Shown in pieces: positions 60,528-64,000 of a stretch of 64,000 nt of DNA. Location: NCBI RefSeq assembly GCF_030144855.1, contig NC_082712.1:89962001-90026000 (forward strand), read 5' to 3'. Within the stretch, counting starts at the first letter, position 1. Every line of letters starts with the position of its first letter. This DNA is from Hypanus sabinus (lineage: Eukaryota). A program made the translations under genes and the position numbers. Under the pieces are notes generated by a model. That model had not been told where the DNA came from. It made no database searches and worked only from the letters and a program-made list of their open reading frames with translations.

Positions 60528-60683
60528 GAGGATTATTGACCCCCACGGCGACCACTGTAACTCAGGAGATGCGGAACCTGAGCCACGGCTCCATCCTGAT
60601 GATCCGGACAGCACTGGTTCTGGGACTGCTGGCAGTGGTGTGGACCGTGGGCATTTACCTGATCAAGAGGAACCCAGTTACAG
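60528..60683 (+). CDS. Thr-rich stalk and transmembrane exon (TM with Arg), copy B
   Basis: 156 nt, phase 1-1; GGLLTPTATTVTQEMRNLSHGSILMIRTALVLGLLAVVWTVGIYLIKRNPVT; donor G/gtaacc; acceptor choice is ambiguous (see findings). Confidence 0.78.
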
Positions 60684-61189
60684 GTAACCTGCATTCTCTG
60701 TCCTTGCAAATCCCTGTCAGGCTAAATGAATCGTGTCAGTCTCCCGCTAGATCCGGTGTACTGTTTATGTACCGTCCACAGTTGAACACAATCTGAGGCT
60801 CTGAATGACGGTTCCAGACTTTGTAACACCCCATTCTCCTTCACTGTAAACTCCCCCATGGTGATTCTCAGCATGCCAAGCCTATCCTTCCCCATCACGT
60901 TCCTTTCGGAAAACAGGAGCAGGATTAGTCTACTCGATCCCTCAAACATGCCCCAGTCTTTAATGAAACTTCAGCAGAGGTACCCCAGGTGTCATCTCAC
61001 TTTCCCTGCCAGTTGCAGGGAACCTCAATATTGAAGTATTGGAAAGTCTGTTCCCTTCCTATTTGAAACGCTCCAGATGATTTTGCTAAGAATTCCAGAG
61101 ATGCTCCAACTTTTGCAGCAGTTTGAAATGACCACCTCCTCCCACGGACATGAAGAGAATAGAGAGATATTCTCATGTAGCCAAGATCA

Positions 61190-61722
61190 AGATAAGTCAA
61201 GTCAAGTCTACTTTTATTGTCATTTTGACCATAACTGCTGGTACAGTAATAGTAAAAATGAGACGTTTTTCAGAACCATGGTGTTACATGACACAGTACA
61301 AAAAACTGGACCGAACTACGTAATAAAAAAACACAACACAGAGAAAGCTACATTACTAGTTTTATTAGCTACACTAGACTACAGACCTACACTGGACTGC
61401 AAAAAGTGCACAAAAACAGTGCAGGCATTACAATAAATAATAAACAGGACAGTAGGGCAAGGTGTCAGTCCAGACTCTGGGTATTGAGGAGTCTGATAGC
61501 TTGGGGCAAGAAACTGTTACACAGTCTGGTCGTGAGAGCCCGAATGCTTTGGAGCCTTTTCCCAGATGGCAGGAGGGAGAAGAGATTGTATGAGGGGCGC
61601 ATGGGGTCCTTCATAATGCTGTTTCCTTTGTGGATGCAGCGAGTAGTGTAAATGTCCGTGATGGCAGGAAGAGAGACCCCGATGATCTTCTCAGCTGACC
61701 TCACTATCCGCTGCAGGGTCTT
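61190..61722 (-). mobile_element. Rex1/Babar LINE 3' fragment, present only in copy B
   Basis: SLLPSGKRLQSIRALTTRLCNSFLPQAIRLLN; (CTTGA)n tail; absent at the paralogous site near 43210. Confidence 0.8.
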
Positions 61723-62389
61723 GCATTAGTTAACTGTGCCATTACTAGTTTTATTAGATCAGTGCAGCATCATGGGCCGAAGTGCCTTTTCCTGTGATGT
61801 CCTGATCTTTACTCTGTGGCCACTCTATTTGGTGGAAGAGTGGAACCCAGTGTTGACAAGTTTAATTTCAACATTAAAGATGACACATCCATATACGTTA
61901 TACAATTAATCTAATTAGCATTTTAGACAATTTTCCTGCCTATCCACGTCAGGTTAGCTGTGTTGTGCATTCAGAAATGCTCTTCTGCACTCCACTGTTG
62001 GAACGTGTCGGCATTTGAGTCACTGTCGCCTTGAACCAGACTGGTCGTTCTTCTCTCATATCTCATATTAACAAGGTGTTTTCCTCCACAGAACATCTGC
62101 TCACTGTTTTCTTTTGTGTTATTCACACTATTCTCCATAAAGTCTGGAGACTGTTGTGCATGAAATCCACAGGAGATCAGCAATTTTGAAGATACTCAGT
62201 CTAATTTCCAAGCTAACTCAATGAAATTCCTTCCCCGTTCAGAGATTTGGTTTGAACAACAACTGAAGTTTGACCATATTTGCTTGCATTACTTGCACTG
62301 AGGTCACATCACATAATTGGCCGATTAAATATTTGCATTAACCAGCAGGTGTACAGGTACACCTAATATGGTGGCCACTAAATGACCAT

Positions 62390-64000
62390 AAGACTGGGAG
62401 ACATAGGAGTAGACCTGGACATTCAGCCCATAGATTCTGCTCCAGTATTCCATCATGGCTGATCGCAGATCCCACCAACCCACCTGGCTTCTTGCCAGAT
62501 CCAGACTGATTAGGAAATGTTCAAATTCTGCCTGAAAAATACCCACATATTTGGCATCTCCCTGAATCTGTGGCAGAGCATTCCACAGATTTACAACTCT
62601 GGTTAAAGAAGTTCCTCCTTACCTCTGCTCTAAAGTGTTGTCGCTCAATTTTGAGGCTGTGACCTCTGGTTTAGGCACCTGCACCACAGGAAACATTCTC
62701 TCCACACCAACCTTTCAACATTCGGTTTGTTTCATTGAGATCTCCAGGCGTATTCTAAATTCCAGTGAGTGTAGACCCAAAGCTGCCAAATGCTCCCCAT
62801 ATATTAACCCCTTCGTTTCCGGAATTATTTTTGTGAGCCTCTTCTGGAATCTTTCCATTGATCACACATCCCTTCTCAGATATGGTGCCCAAAACTGTTG
62901 GCAGTACTCTAACTGCAGCCTGACTAGTGTCTTATTAAGCCCCAGCATTATCTCCTTGTTTTTATATTCTATTCCTGCTTGAAATAAATGCCAACATTGC
63001 ATTTGCCTTCTTTACCACAGACTCAACTATAAATGGGCCTTCTGGGAGTCTTGCATGAAGACCTTAGCTTCCTCTGCACCTCTATTGTTTGAATTTTCTC
63101 CCCATTTAGATAATAATCTGCACTACTGTTCCTTTTACCAAAATGTATTAGCATACATTTCTGAACACTGTATTTCATCTGCCACTTTTTTGCCCATTCT
63201 TCCTCAGCACAACCTACCCCTCCACCTATCTTCATATCATCCATCAACTTTGCCACAAAGCCATCAAATCCATTATCTAAATCATTTATAAGCAAGGTGA
63301 AAAGCAACGATCCTGATACTGACCCCTGAGGAAGACCACTATTCACTGGCAGCCAGCCAGAAAAAGCCACATTTATTCCCAGTTGCTGCCTCCTGCCCGT
63401 CAGCCATTCTGCTATCCATTCCAGTACTTCCTCGAGGAACTCTAATAGATTTTTCAGGGAAGCTCCCCCTTTGCATAAACCATGCTGACTTATTTTAACA
63501 TTAATCTCCAGGTACCTTGAAACCTCATCCTTAATTATAGACTCCAACACTTTTCCAGCCACTGAGGTTAGGCTAACTGGGATATAATTTCTGTTCTTTT
63601 GCCTTCGTTGCTTCTTAAACAGTGGAATGACATTTCCAATTTTGCAATCCACTGGGACCATGCCAGAATCAAGAGATTCTTGAAATATCATGACCAATGC
63701 ATCTACCATCTCTTCAGCAACCTTTCGCAGTACTCTGGGATGTAGTCCATCTGGACCAGGTGACTTATCCACCTTAAGACCTTTGAGTTTACCAAGCACA
63801 TTTTCCTTTCTAATAGCAATGACACTCACTCATGCTGTCTAACACTCACAGACCTCTGGAACTCTGCTAGTGTCTTCCATAGTCAAGACAGATTAAAAGT
63901 ACCTATTTAATTCACCTGCCATATCTTTGGCCCCAGTGCTCCCACACCAGCTTCATTTTCCAGTCCAATATCAACATGCACACCCTTTTACTCTTTATGT
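62390..64000 (-). mobile_element. CR1 LINE RT region (runs off the window)
   Basis: ORF 63023-63829: KSPGPDGLHPRVL, PVSLTSVAGKVLE, GLPQGSVSG. Confidence 0.92.

Noticed and set aside
60684-60720. 37-nt intron after the TM exon (gtaacc...ccctgtcag)
   Set aside because: It is below the usual vertebrate minimum intron size; read-through or a more distant exon is more likely.

Overview
Repeat-dense vertebrate genomic DNA. The mix of CR1, L1, Rex-Babar, RTE, Penelope, V-SINE, Tc1/mariner MITE, Gypsy and ERV elements suggests a cartilaginous fish, probably a ray (inferred from repeat content only). 1-14.3 kb is a head-to-tail stack of decayed + strand L1 elements with a nested Gypsy fragment. 14.3-33 kb holds a ~14-kb-period segmental duplication carrying splice-compatible exons of an unidentified, stop-containing minus-strand gene. 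The main biological content is a duplicated immunoglobulin V-set receptor locus on the + strand. Copy B is apparently intact: AP-1/PU.1 promoter motifs, leader 56389-56431, V1 57546-57902, V2 58946-59320 and stalk+TM 60528-60683. Its V domains resemble mammalian PILR/Siglec sialic-acid-binding domains, and its TM carries an NKp30-like Arg. Copy A (V exon 34097-34471) is strongly diverged at the protein level. An epsilon-like endogenous retrovirus (35416-42745) lies downstream of its V exon, and its TM exon is missing. All family assignments come from visual motif comparison, not database searches. Many repeat boundaries are approximate.
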